64,000 bases of DNA from the NCBI RefSeq assembly GCF_000181795.1, contig NW_003526943.1:5511806-5575805 (forward strand). Direction: 5' to 3'. The position numbers were made by a program, and so were the translations under genes. Positions 1 through 11,613 of the stretch are shown here, piece by piece. Origin of the DNA: Trichinella spiralis. Lineage: Eukaryota. Positions within the stretch are counted from its first letter, which is position 1, and each line of letters begins with the position of its first letter. Below the pieces are notes generated by a model, which saw only the letters and a list, made by a program, of their open reading frames with translations, did no database searches and was not told where the DNA came from.

Positions 1-298
1 TGGAAAAGTTTTGCAACGCGCGTGCTGGCGATGCGCCAACTTTTGACGAACGACTGACTGTACGCCAGCGGCCGCAGCGGCATGAGTGTTCGTTCACAAT
101 GCGCGCACGCACAGATAGAAAGCGAAAGAGAGAGAAAGAGCGAAGTGAAAGACGTAACGCTGCGGCGCACCGAGCGCCGAGCGCCGAGCGTCCAGCGCGC
201 GCGATCGATGAAGAATAATTCAAATGCCAACGTGGAACACGCGTATAAACTGCCATCGCATGCAGATGATCCACCACCATCGATCGATCGATCCTGAT

Positions 299-326
299 CA
301 ATTGATTGATTGATTGAGTGATTGAT
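299..326. repeat. (GATT)n-like microsatellite next to a GC-rich, GA-repeat-containing non-coding segment (1-300)
   Basis: caattgattgattgattgagtgattgat is read directly. A GA-rich run (gaaagagagagaaagag) lies at about 124-140. Confidence 0.7.
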
Positions 327-981
327 TAAAAAAAATTAATTCACATTCTTCTCACCATTGTACGTTTTTTTTCAACAATTCAAATTTTCCCACTCTTCTT
401 CTTCTTCTTCTGTACTTCAGCTGTATTTTTCTTTATGAAATTATTAACAGCTTTTTTACGACCATTATTACATTTAATTAATACTTTTCCTACTTTTTAA
501 AACTTATATGAAGACATAAAGAAAAAAATGACTACAACAACGCCACCCAACACGCTGCCAACTGATACGAAAAACTCGCTTCAACCTGCCCGGCCGCCCA
601 CTGAGCGCGGTATATTGTTTAAATTGGCAAAATGCCAGCCAATCCCGTTTCGGCAGTAATTTTTCAAGTAGTATGTAGCATCATTCCCCTCAATTGAACT
701 ATTCCAATTTTCCCTTCTAAAATTATCCACTATTATTTCTTTTTATTAATCAAAAATTAAAAAAAAATAAATTATCATTTTGTCATTTTCAAATTTTCAA
801 TACACTATTCTTGTTCATTTTACTCTCGTACGATTCATCTCAACTAATACCAATACATATGTATATACATATGGTAATATGAAAAAAAAATTAACATGGT
901 AAAAGAATTTCATCGCCAAATATTAAATTAAAAAAATAAAATACATATATATATACATAATCATAATTTTATACTACTTAC

Positions 982-1101
982 TTTCGATTGTAAAATAAAT
1001 TCAGTTGGACACACGTAAGCTATATGCGCTGGGACTACAGCCGTACGCGACCAGAGACCAACTACGAATGACGATTTTCAAACTAAGCACAAGCTTATAT
1101 A
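982..1101 (-). promoter_or_regulatory. Pol II core promoter (TATA + Inr) and 88-nt non-coding first exon of a gene lying left of the window
   Basis: On the minus strand, TATATAAG at 1101-1094, Inr-like TCATTC with the A at 1069 (TATA about 30-32 nt upstream), then a consensus donor GTAAGT at 981-976. The exon has no ATG. Confidence 0.55.
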
Positions 1102-3649
1102 TCCGAGCCAGCTAGCGAACCGTGAAATCGGTTTCATTTCCTCCTTTCTGCCTGGCCGTTTGGCTTAGGCTGGGCTAAACCTTTCATTTTCGCATTACTC
1201 TATTCCATCCAACAAGGAAGTTACTACATTTCTATTACTATTATCTTTAATCAACCAACTTGGGAAACGGTCACATCCGTCAAACAAACCAACTAACCAA
1301 TTCACCCAACAAATCAACCCTGCTTACAATTTGTACATCTATTTTTTTTTTGATTAAAAAAGAATAATCCTCAATTTCTTTTATTTCAAATTATTTGCAT
1401 ATACACTATTTTTTTGTATTTTCAGTTAATTATATTTTATAATTTTAAATTAACTCGTGTTTGCTTTTGATTTTCATTCAAAAAATGATGTTCAACGAAA
1501 TATTTTCATTTTATTCACATTCAAATTTTCACCGAATTTCAAACATTGCAAGCAGCTGAAAAAAAGTTGCGCAATTTAAACAAAAGGAAAAAAGAATATT
1601 TATTTGTAAAATTTAATTCAAAAATACATTTTTGATTTATTTCACAATAATGAGTTGACAAAATTTTAAAATTTCAATATTTCACTAAAAGAAAACATTT
1701 GTTAATTATTCCAAGAAAAATTGTAGAAATTAATTTTTCTGCTGGAGATGAATTGTGCTTTTAATAAAAACTTTTTCAATATTCAATTGTGAAATAGAAT
1801 CAAAAAGATGAAAGAAAAAGTTCCCTATTAAATGCAATTTTAAAATTCAAAATTGCCACTTGATTATTCTTATTACAATTATTACTTGTGGAGGGATAGT
1901 TTTTGTGTAATTTTGAAATTTTAATTAAACATGCTATTTATAACACGTTGAAATGTACTACAATTTTATTTATTTCTTTCACGTATTTAAAACAACGCTT
2001 TTGATTGCATGAATAAAAATTACAAACCAGAAAACTTCCTTTCCCAGCATTTTATTCATTACACTTTGCTTTCGGTTTTTGAAAATTTATTTCAAATTTT
2101 ACAATATTAACAAATTTACAATTATCATTTCATATTTATGTTAATTTTCAAATGAAACAAGTTAAAAGTTGTCAAAGGTAGAGATCGACTTCAGAATAAA
2201 ATTTTTATTGATTTCGCTATTAGTCAATTTTTCATTTCAACAACTGAATGCTGAAAATTGTCACTTGTTCAATTTAATAAACTTTAAACTATTCACTGTG
2301 ATACCATATATCGCGGGAAAATGCTAACGGTAAAATCAAAAAAAAACAATGAAACTTTGTTCAATAAAATTCATATTTACCGAATCAGAAAGTACAAATT
2401 GATTCCAAATTATCACTACCACTATTATTATTAAATATTATACATTCTTAATTTCAATTTATTTAAATGATGAAAAATCAGATTCTTTGTCAGAAAACTG
2501 TAAAAACTGATCAGTTTAAGATGTGCAGGTTTCTTATTTGTTCATATTGTAATTTTTATCAAAAGAAGAAAATTTATTTTATCTAAGCAATGCGTGAAAA
2601 TTTATGTTTAATTAAAATCCAATATTCTAAAATTATAATTATTGCTGAATGAAATTCAGTTTACGATATTGTAAATGAATGATAATTCTATAAATATAAA
2701 TATGAGTGTAATCAAAATTTTTCAATAAATATTACAATGTATGAAAAAGAAATTAATTTGAATAGCAAGCGATGTGGTTGTTGCATTTTGCTGAGAAAAT
2801 TTTTCAGGTGTAGAAAATGTAAAATATCACTCTCAAGTGAAACATGTGGAAGAGAAGTTGACAAGCGAGCGACAAACGGTCTATTGAACAGCTTCTTCTT
2901 CTTCTTCTTCTTATTCTTCAATATCAATTAAATTATTGCAGTTCCATTAATTGGTGCCATTTGACGTCGGTAGAAATGTGAAGCTTCCGACAACGCCATT
3001 CAAAACCGGTGCTTCAATTTTATATTAAGCAAATTAGCAGCTGACGGAATATTATATATATGTAACTACTGCTGCTTCTGATGTTCACGTCAAAAATGTG
3101 TCTTTTTAAACATCCTCATCAACAATGGACATGCAAAAGCAAAAAGTTACTCAACTTTCACACGAAAAATTATTCATCATTTCAATTTACAAAATTGAAT
3201 TTAGAAACTGTTGCATTTTCATAAATTTAATAAAATAAACTTTCTTTTCTCTATAAGTACCAAATAAATTTAACCATAAAAATAATATATATTCAAAATT
3301 GTATTGATATTTTAACCATCTTTAAAATGTTGTTAAGGTTGCAATCTTCAAAGATTGGTGTTTTGGGATGACAATGATCGGTGGCGCTGCGACGAAATTT
3401 TAAATAACCGCTAAATTAAAATTTACCCTCATTCACACCTTTTTAAAGCAAACTTGTTTTTTCCAGAGTTGCTCACATGGATGCTAACAGTAATTTACAT
3501 ATAAAATAAAAAGTTGATTGATAAAGCAACCCACACGCACATATATATATATATATAACCAGTTAAAAAGTAGATCATAGAAACATTGGTGTATAAAGTA
3601 GAAATTCAAATGTAAAAAAATGCTTTGAAAATACAGCCGAATTCTTCTA

Positions 3650-4610
3650 ATCGATGGCTTTTTGCTGGTGCTCGGGAAGTTCTAACGAATAAGAACAATC
3701 GTAAAATTATGTACAAGATCATTTGCACATGAACACAAGAACGAAATGCATAGTCCATAGCATTATGGCATTTCATCTCCAGTTGCATAAAACAAAGAAA
3801 CACTCCATAGATGTTGAATACACTTTACTAAATAGAGAGTCAAAAGTTATTTTAAGAAGCATCCACGTAGGCTCTGCATTTGTATGCATTTCGGAAGCAA
3901 AACTTCCTCCTGTCATGCCCGTACATATTCGATGCAGCCTGGTAGTCAACTTTTTTTGTAGTGACTCTCTGCTACTATTATTCGTAGACGGAATCAAGAA
4001 AAGACACTGCTGATATTTATGAAATGAAAGTAATTTCTGAGAAAAGATCCGCTTTCATAGTTGGATAAGATGCTCACATTCAGACGGTTAAAAGAGTGTA
4101 GTTAAAAAATAAGGGGCTGTTTGCATTGCCAAGGCACTCCATATATTTTGAAGTCTAATTTTCTTGATATGGTTAGTGGGAAAGCATTTTTCGAGATAAA
4201 TCTCATACAACTTTCAAACCTTTCTCCTAGTATGCATATTTTAATCAGGATATATTATTACAATCAGTTCATCAGTGATTATATTTAGCATGACTGATCA
4301 AGTACGTTCTAAGCTTGGGATATTGCTGAGCGTTTATTGCGCATAACTATTCAAGAAAATTATTAAGATGGTGGACTAGGCAACAGAGATAGTTCAGACA
4401 TAAAGAGGTAAAATTGAAAATTGGAGATATCATGCTGTTGGCAGAACAAGTTACATAGGATAGCCGTTTTAGATCGAAATGATTTGTGAGAATTATTATA
4501 GAACTCTACTTGAAGGAGGTGATAAACATGCTCAGCAAAAATTCAGGATAAGAGCAAATTTGTTAAATGAGCAGTTGCTAGAAGATAGGTACTATTGCAA
4601 AAGCAGTTAG
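3650..4610 (+). mobile_element. Decayed BEL/Pao LTR-retrotransposon relic (integrase and C-terminal DUF5641-like region)
   Basis: Fragmented translations occur in the expected order: HVGSAF (cf. HVGxDFAGP), PVHI (cf. AVHLE), IQTVKR (cf. VRSVKR), and KIGDIMLLAE (4417-4446)...IIIELY..GGD...VLL (cf. VGDIVLI.E...W..GRI..L..G.DG...KL..L). Many stops and frameshifts. Confidence 0.5.
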
Positions 4611-5329
4611 AATATGTTTTGAAGGCCTTAATCATGTGTATATGTATGATCAGTTCTGACTGTATGTGTTCATACTGATGTACAGTATTTATAGGCAGTA
4701 ATGCTTGCAATTTTGCAATATTCTTGCATATAGAATAAATATAGGGCATTTCATTTTCGATGTTTCGATGTAAACTCAACCGTCAGTTGATTTCACCCAT
4801 TTAAGCCGCGAACGTATTAGGACAAATAAAACTAACTTCGCAACCTTAGAAGATTTTACAGTCTACTTGTCTACGTAAGTTTTATTACTTCATGTATGTT
4901 CAATTTCTAACTTTGAAAAGAATGATTTTAGTATTCTGATTCCAGATTTTAGTATAATTTTTGAAAATGAAGTTTTATGCAGTATGCAAGAAGTACGAAT
5001 ATTTTCTGATGCAAACATATATAAAAATTATTGAAACTTTGCAATATTATCAATTAAGCAAAAGATTGATTGTTTTGCTTTATAGAATCGAAATAAATAT
5101 GAATTTCTTAAAGCATTATCACACCATTTCTAGAAGGACAAACCAGGAATATCAGCATTTATATTAGTGTGCCGCCTATTGTGCAAATAATTGCATAAAT
5201 ATCATGATGCTTTTGTAATGTAAACATTCTCTGCCATATGGTTGCAATTATATAACCATAAATATGTGGAGAGAATGCACATATGTTTACACTTCATCGA
5301 TTCATAAATTAAATAAAAGTTTATTTGAA

Positions 5330-5750
5330 TAAAATGTTGACTGAGTGACCTAACACCTGAAAGCGTTTTGCACCTGCATTTAGGATACGGTGGACCTAGT
5401 TGCTTGGTTGGTTCCTGTTGACCATGTGTGTACTGTTTAGTTTGTTTCAGTTTTCTTTTCGTGAGGGAGACTGGGTGCAAATTGTAATGGTGCTGCCCAC
5501 TCACAGCCTACTGACTACAACATTCTAGCATTAATCTGGTAGATTCAGTAAATCAGAAATTGTCTTCATGATGGATGAGAAGTACAGTGAACAGACATGG
5601 CTCTATCAACTTGATCCATTGTTAATCATTGCAGTTTTGCCCTTTCTCTTCTAATGTACGCATTGGGTTGAGTCATTGGACTTTTCCAAATTGTCGTAAA
5701 TATCAAATAATCTTTTCTCTTTCGACGTGCAATGTCTTTTCTTGCATTCT
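5330..5750 (-). mobile_element. Possible decayed BEL/Pao gag/protease relic
   Basis: Minus-strand fragments TLHV..., GQHHYNLH (cf. C..HH.LLH knuckle) and RILNAGAKRF (cf. RxLLDSGSQRSF). Weak and heavily degraded. Confidence 0.25.
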
Positions 5751-8088
5751 TCATGTATAACTATAGAGGTGAGCCACTTGAAGCTAGAATTATCTACTTG
5801 TTATATATTGCCCCCTAATAATTTTGTATTTGTGGTATTTTGTTGCTGTTTTAGTTGTCTTAGTTAAGTTTTGAGTCAAAATGATAGGCAGAGACTGAAT
5901 AAAATTAGTGATACGTTCAGTTCAATAAATTCAGTGTTCAGTTTTTTCTAATTTCAGTTATAAAATATGAAGATGGTAAAAATTAAACATCTTAAATGAA
6001 AATTGAAGCAAGCATCAAAGCAATCAAATGTCAAGGGAACGCTGTTTTAAAGCTAATTAATAACTGCTGCTATGCCAATTTATCGTGTGCTTTCCTTTAT
6101 TATCGAAGTGTCATTGTCATAAAATTAATTCAACAGAAAACAGAATAGCAGTGCTTTACAAAAGTACAGTAACAAAATTGGTACTGAAATAAAGACTTCA
6201 AATTGAAGAGAACAAACGCTTTTGTTATCTGTGAAATATCTCAAATGAATCTTTCTTCTTTATAAAGTGGTAAAATTCCATTAATTCTTGTCTTCAGAAC
6301 ACTTGCAACAATCGATGTTCTTATTAATCAGACGTTGACATTAAAATGTTATTGTATTAAAATTAGTAATATCTATAAAAATTCATGTAATTATTGATGA
6401 ACTGAAAAGTTTTTTTTGTTCAATTTCATCAATTCATTTAAAAGAGTTTCAACGGCTAAATGAAATAATATTATAGCTAAGAATTTCAAGCCATATCACT
6501 ATCGATAATAATTAAATTTTAATAAATAGCTTGATAACTGAAAACTTGAATCAATAAAGCAAACAATTCAACAATTGTGCTTCATCTTTTCTGGCAATAA
6601 AAACACTGGTAAATTTCTCTTTCTTTAGCAGTCATTTTATTTTAGCTGACAGTATTACAGTAGTTCATCACATATTCATATATAAAATTTGTTTGTTTTT
6701 ACAACGGCAAAAGTTTCTTACCCAACAATTTTTCAAAAATGCCAAATGTAAAGCCATTAACAATGTTTCATTGTATATGTATAATTTACGTATATTTGTT
6801 GCTCATTGTTGTAAAAATAATTCTTTCAACGTTTCTTTCATTGACACTATCTAAAAATGTAGCATCGTTGTAAATGTTTGTATTGCAATATTTTTACACT
6901 GCAAAAGTTTTTAATAACAACTTTTCATTTTACTTATTCAGCTGATTCATCTAAAAAATTATTTCAAAATAATTTTTATTTTTCTTATTTTAAAACATTA
7001 AATCTATTAAAACTAAGCAGATAAGCTATAAAAAACTGCAATTCTTAAGTGTAAAAGTCAGCTCCAAACAATGGCAAAGAAAGTAAATGGCAAAAATATT
7101 TGGTATAACAATGTAAATAATGATTATTGTTGTTATTAATAATATAATAATATCATCATTTTTCTTTAAGATTAAAAAAATATTTTTCTCATATTCATAT
7201 AATTTAATTAATAAATTGGTTCAAAATAAAATGATAATCAGTCAGAATTTTCGTAAACAAGTTTTATTATTCTTCAGTTTAAATAGGTCTTCAAATAAAT
7301 CAAATTTACGATTCAAAATGACGCTGTGGCTTTTCTAAATGCAACGTTATCTTGCGTTTCTGTGTCAGTTGTCGTCTTCCTCATAAGTTATAATTTATTT
7401 TAATTGCTTTTTACGCAAAAATTTAAATGAGCAAAATAATTTAGAAATTTGTTTCCTAATTTTGATTTGCTTTTTTTATCCCTTTTAAACGCGTCAAATC
7501 AAACTTTGACCAAGCTTTATCATTCTGTGACAAAACTTGCAATTATACTAAAATGTATGCAACGCAAAAATATGTTTGAAAAAGAAAAAAATCTGAAAGC
7601 GTGCACTCATGACATAATTATAAATAAATAACTCATTTCTAAATATATTCTTATCAATTATATTATTATAATTAATATTATTTGCAAAAAACAGCTTCGT
7701 TTCAAAGTGTAAAAAAGCAACATATCACAAATTAATGCAAAACGCTAAGAAAAATTTTTATTCTTTTCATATGACATATTATTCATTACATAACTTATTA
7801 TATTAACGTAAAATCATTAAACTGAATTAAAATATCTCTAAAAAATCAACATCAATAAATTGTAAACAATATGTACAAATGTATTTATAATGGTACCTAA
7901 TAACTGACCATTACAGTACAGTACAATACAATTTAAATTAAATTCATCTAAAAAATGTTTTAAGAATAATTTCCTAAAGTTAATTTATGAAAAACGAATG
8001 TTAATATTTCAAAATAAATATTATGCGGTTCACACTGACCTAATGGCAAAGTTGGTATTCTTCTTCATGATTGATACACCGGAAAAGT

Positions 8089-9024
8089 CTATTCCATCAG
8101 AGGCGTGCTGACAGATGAATTATTGCTCATTCGACCAGAATTCGTCAATGGCAAATAATCGATGCTATAATTTTTTCTGTGAATATTGTTTTCTATGATT
8201 TTTCGCGTGTGAATTTCATCGATCAGCTGTCTAATTTCATGTCGCAATATTATTAAGCCGATCACTCTCAAACACAGCACCAAATATGTAGAAAGGCTGA
8301 GGTAAAAGTCACGTTTGTCGTTCATCCATTCCAACAATGGCCGAACGCAGCCAAACTTGTAAGAATATTCCTTGGTGCAATGTTTGAATTTGCTCGGACA
8401 ACAGCTTGGTGGCAAAGAGCCGTTGATTAACGATTGACATGCAAATTCCATCGTCGTATAATCGCTTGGACGCTCAACGCCACAACAGAAAAGGCCAGAC
8501 TGGACCTCAGACCAGCGTTTGCAAAAATTTCTCACCTCATCTGATTTAATCTTGTCAGATGTGCTGTGATTACTCTTGTCCATATAATAAATCAATTTAT
8601 CATCAAGCGTCGAGATCACATTACTCCACCAGGACGTCGACACCACCGCGTAAGTGAGGTCGGCAACAATCAGGATTAAAAATAGCACCCAAAACAAATA
8701 AAGGCATGCAATACGATCCGTCGATACGCCGTATATGCCTAAAATTAGATTCAGCATTTGAATGCTGATGCTGATGTAGACGTAAATCCAATGCGGATCA
8801 GCAGGTTCGAATGGAAATAAATTCATCCAGTCTAGGTGACAAAAATAGTACGTGGAAACTGCCGACCCGCACAAGAATGGCAGCATCAGTATGCAATACC
8901 CGTAAAGCCAAATTCTGTAAGTTGGTGGCTTATGAAATGAATAGCCACCTAATTCTTGCTCTGCATCTAATCTGCTCTGTTGGCTGATCAATTGCGGAGG
9001 GCTAAAACTAACCCCGCGTTCCAT
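8089..9024 (-). CDS. Tetraspanin-family protein, single coding exon (about 311 aa)
   Basis: Four hydrophobic segments (WLYGYCILMLPFLCG, WIYVYISISIQMLNLILGIYGV, ACLYLFWVLFLILIVADLTYAVV, FYLSLSTYLVLCLRVIGLIIL). The large loop has the CCG, PPSCC and GC motifs. ATG at 9024; the ORF track start at 9027 is TTG. Confidence 0.85.
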   Translation of the reverse strand: MERGVSFSPPQLISQQSRLDAEQELGGYSFHKPPTYRIWLYGYCILMLPFLCGSAVSTYYFCHLDWMNLFPFEPADPHWIYVYISISIQMLNLILGIYGVSTDRIACLYLFWVLFLILIVADLTYAVVSTSWWSNVISTLDDKLIYYMDKSNHSTSDKIKSDEVRNFCKRWSEVQSGLFCCGVERPSDYTTMEFACQSLINGSLPPSCCPSKFKHCTKEYSYKFGCVRPLLEWMNDKRDFYLSLSTYLVLCLRVIGLIILRHEIRQLIDEIHTRKIIENNIHRKNYSIDYLPLTNSGRMSNNSSVSTPLME

Positions 9025-9357
9025 CAACTGTAGCCCTGCTTAATTTTGATCATGTGAAAGCCAAAAGAAAAGACAAGCAACAAACTAGGTAACCTGAGAA
9101 CAGGTTGCTACCAAGAATCTAGTCTTAACACAAAAACTGGGTTTTGGTGATGTTTCGACTTCACAAATGTAATTTATTGTGACAGTTTTCTATTCTAATG
9201 ACAAGCATTAGTGAATGATTATTTTTGGACATGCGGCGTCTTTGATAGGGACATCTTCGACATCAGAATTCATGCAATTTATTAATGTATGCGTCATTAT
9301 TTTATGGCGAATGTTAAATTTTTGTATTGTCACACTTTGGCATACTATTTCATGTTA

Positions 9358-10104
9358 CAGTCAATCTTCAGAATTCGCAGTATGCGCGTTCCGGCGGAAC
9401 CGCAAATGTCAACTTTCCGCGAATACTTACCGCTTATATTCATACACCCCGCTGATGCCTTATAATCCTACGCAATTGTCTGAAAGCTGCAAGGAATAAT
9501 ATCACAGACCGTCTATTGATTTGCATGTTACATATTTATCCCGACTTATTTATTTTTTTATTTATTTGATTGAGTGTATAACAGTGAAAATCATTGGTGT
9601 TCTTGCATGCAAGCTTGCCAGAAGCGGATGGTCTGCCCGGCGCATCTTTTATAAAAAACATTGTAACTGTAGTATTTACTTCACACATTACGTATTTACT
9701 CAAATTTTGCGTTATTCTCAGGCAATATTGGACTGTGCTATCATGAAAGCGGAAATTCTGCACTTCCAGACATGTCTGAACTAGTTGACCAGTCAGATAC
9801 AAGCGTCTGGAATTGCGGAACCGGTGCTGCCTTAAACTAACCTCCCGTTCTCAGCGCCTCCTTTCCCTTCACTCAAATGTTTTTATTTTTCATCTTAGCA
9901 TTAGTAGAAAGTATTTAGCCTCCCAGTTTGGTTAAGTCATTATCACTACTGCTATGGAGTGCAAACTCATAAGCAGAAACAACCTTGCACTGATCCTGCA
10001 GATCCCCAGCATACATACACACTAGAGTCTAAAAGTAGGATTCATTTTTGTGGCGGTTTTGAAATTCACGAATAATCAAATCCGCGAATATTGAGGAATG
10101 ACTG
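9358..10104. mobile_element. Non-autonomous pogo/Tigger-like TIR element (MITE), 747 bp
   Basis: Left end TA|CAGTCAATCTTCAGAATTCGC matches the reverse complement of the right end TA|CAGTCATTCCTCAATATTCGC. TA target-site duplication on both sides (9356-57, 10105-06). No transposase ORF. Confidence 0.7.
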
Positions 10105-10984
10105 TATAATTATTATTTACTTTAAAAAATTTAATTGAATGACAAATTTTTTTACCAATTATTCCGCTTTTGATATTTCACTATAGATGATTTCACAATA
10201 AAAAACACTGAGTACAGCTTAACAGTATGAATTACACTTAAAATTATGAACGTAAGTATTAATGTATAATAACCGTCAGCTGTTGCAATCTATTTATAAC
10301 AACGCAGAATTTTTATATGAATAAACTAACTTTTACATTTGTTAAGTATATAAATAATTATATATATAAATTCATAGAAAGTATATAAATTAAGTGAAAT
10401 TTAGGTCAGAAATTATTACTTTAAAGCAGAAACTTTCGTTTTCTGCCCAATTTAGCAGCATGTCATACTGTAAACTATTTAAAATATGTGAAATAATAAT
10501 CTAATAAAAATTTCGTGATTTACCTAGAATTGTATTTTTATTTTATGCAGTTCTCTAAAAGTACAACGATTTTTTCACTTTAGTAAAAAGTTTTGCCAAT
10601 TAACATACTGTATTTAAAGATGCAGCTTAAAGCAAATCAATGTAGCATAATGCTTGCGCTTTGTTGGCACCAAAATTTATCATTATTGTGAATTGCTCAT
10701 TTTTTCTTGTGAAAACGTTATTTATTTGATATCATTATGATCTTTAAAATGTCAAATTAATTTTACGAAATGACATATTTAAAATAGTTTCTGCACATTT
10801 AAAGTTCACAATATATACATGTCTATATTTAGATTACAAGTTCATTTTAGGTTAAAATTAAGTTAAGAAGTAGGTGTAAAATTATAAAATCATCATAGAA
10901 CCAAGCTTATTACATTTAAATTGAAAATAGATTATAAAATTGGCAAAAAGTTGCTGATGAAGAAAAATTTGTATATTGTAATTA

Positions 10985-11613
10985 CAGTTAAACTTGGTAA
11001 GTGCACATTTTTCTCAAGTGCCCAAGATTCTGGCGTAACAAAATTTCCTGTAGTCAATTATACAGTAAAATAATGGATAATTTGGATAAATGTGCAACTT
11101 GGTTAAGTGCATCATTTTGGAAAACTGCACGCGATCTATAATAAATCTCGTTCACAATATATAGTCCTTAAGTGCACAATAGGCGCGTTTCCTGCCGCTT
11201 ACGTTTATCATCAGCCATAACAACTATTGATACTCGGCAAAGATTTTTGATCGGTATATCAAAACGAGCACGCATATCACAGAAAACGTGAACTAACCCA
11301 AAGTCAAAACAACTACTGCTTACCCAGGAAGTTACTCACAAGGAAGCTGTCACAGCTCTGATAACAATTCAGTCATATTTTTACGAAAACAACATAAATC
11401 AGACAAACCTAGACTGACTTGAAGAGCACCTAGTAAAGCTGGTGCCACAAAGTACAATTTAAAACTACAGAATGAATGGGCATTTTTTCGCATTCAACTT
11501 ATTTATGCGTGTAAAGTTATTGCTCCTTTCAATTCCTCTGCATAATTCCCAACTTTGGATAAGTGCATGGAAATTCTTACCAAATTTCATGGGAACTTCA
11601 CCAAGTTCGACTG
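10985..11613 (+). mobile_element. Non-autonomous pogo/Tigger-like TIR element with a transposase C-terminal remnant
   Basis: Left TA|CAGTTAAACTTGGTAAGT versus right-end reverse complement CAGTCGAACTTGGTGAAGT. Internal subterminal TTGG(A/T)TAAGTGCA copies. Fragments EVTHKEAVTALITIQSYF and QSTI*NY resemble Tigger C-termini. The right flank reads AA rather than TA. Confidence 0.6.

Noticed and set aside
82..297. 71-aa ORF in the GC-rich left end
   Set aside because: Low-complexity, repeat-derived translation with no recognisable domain.
1027..1056. Minus-strand CTGGTCGCGTACGGCTGTAGTCCCAGC resembles the SRP RNA Alu 5' domain
   Set aside because: The similarity stops after about 25 nt and there is no S-domain. 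The segment sits in a TATA/Inr-to-GTAAGT exon context, so a Pol II 5' exon is the simpler reading.
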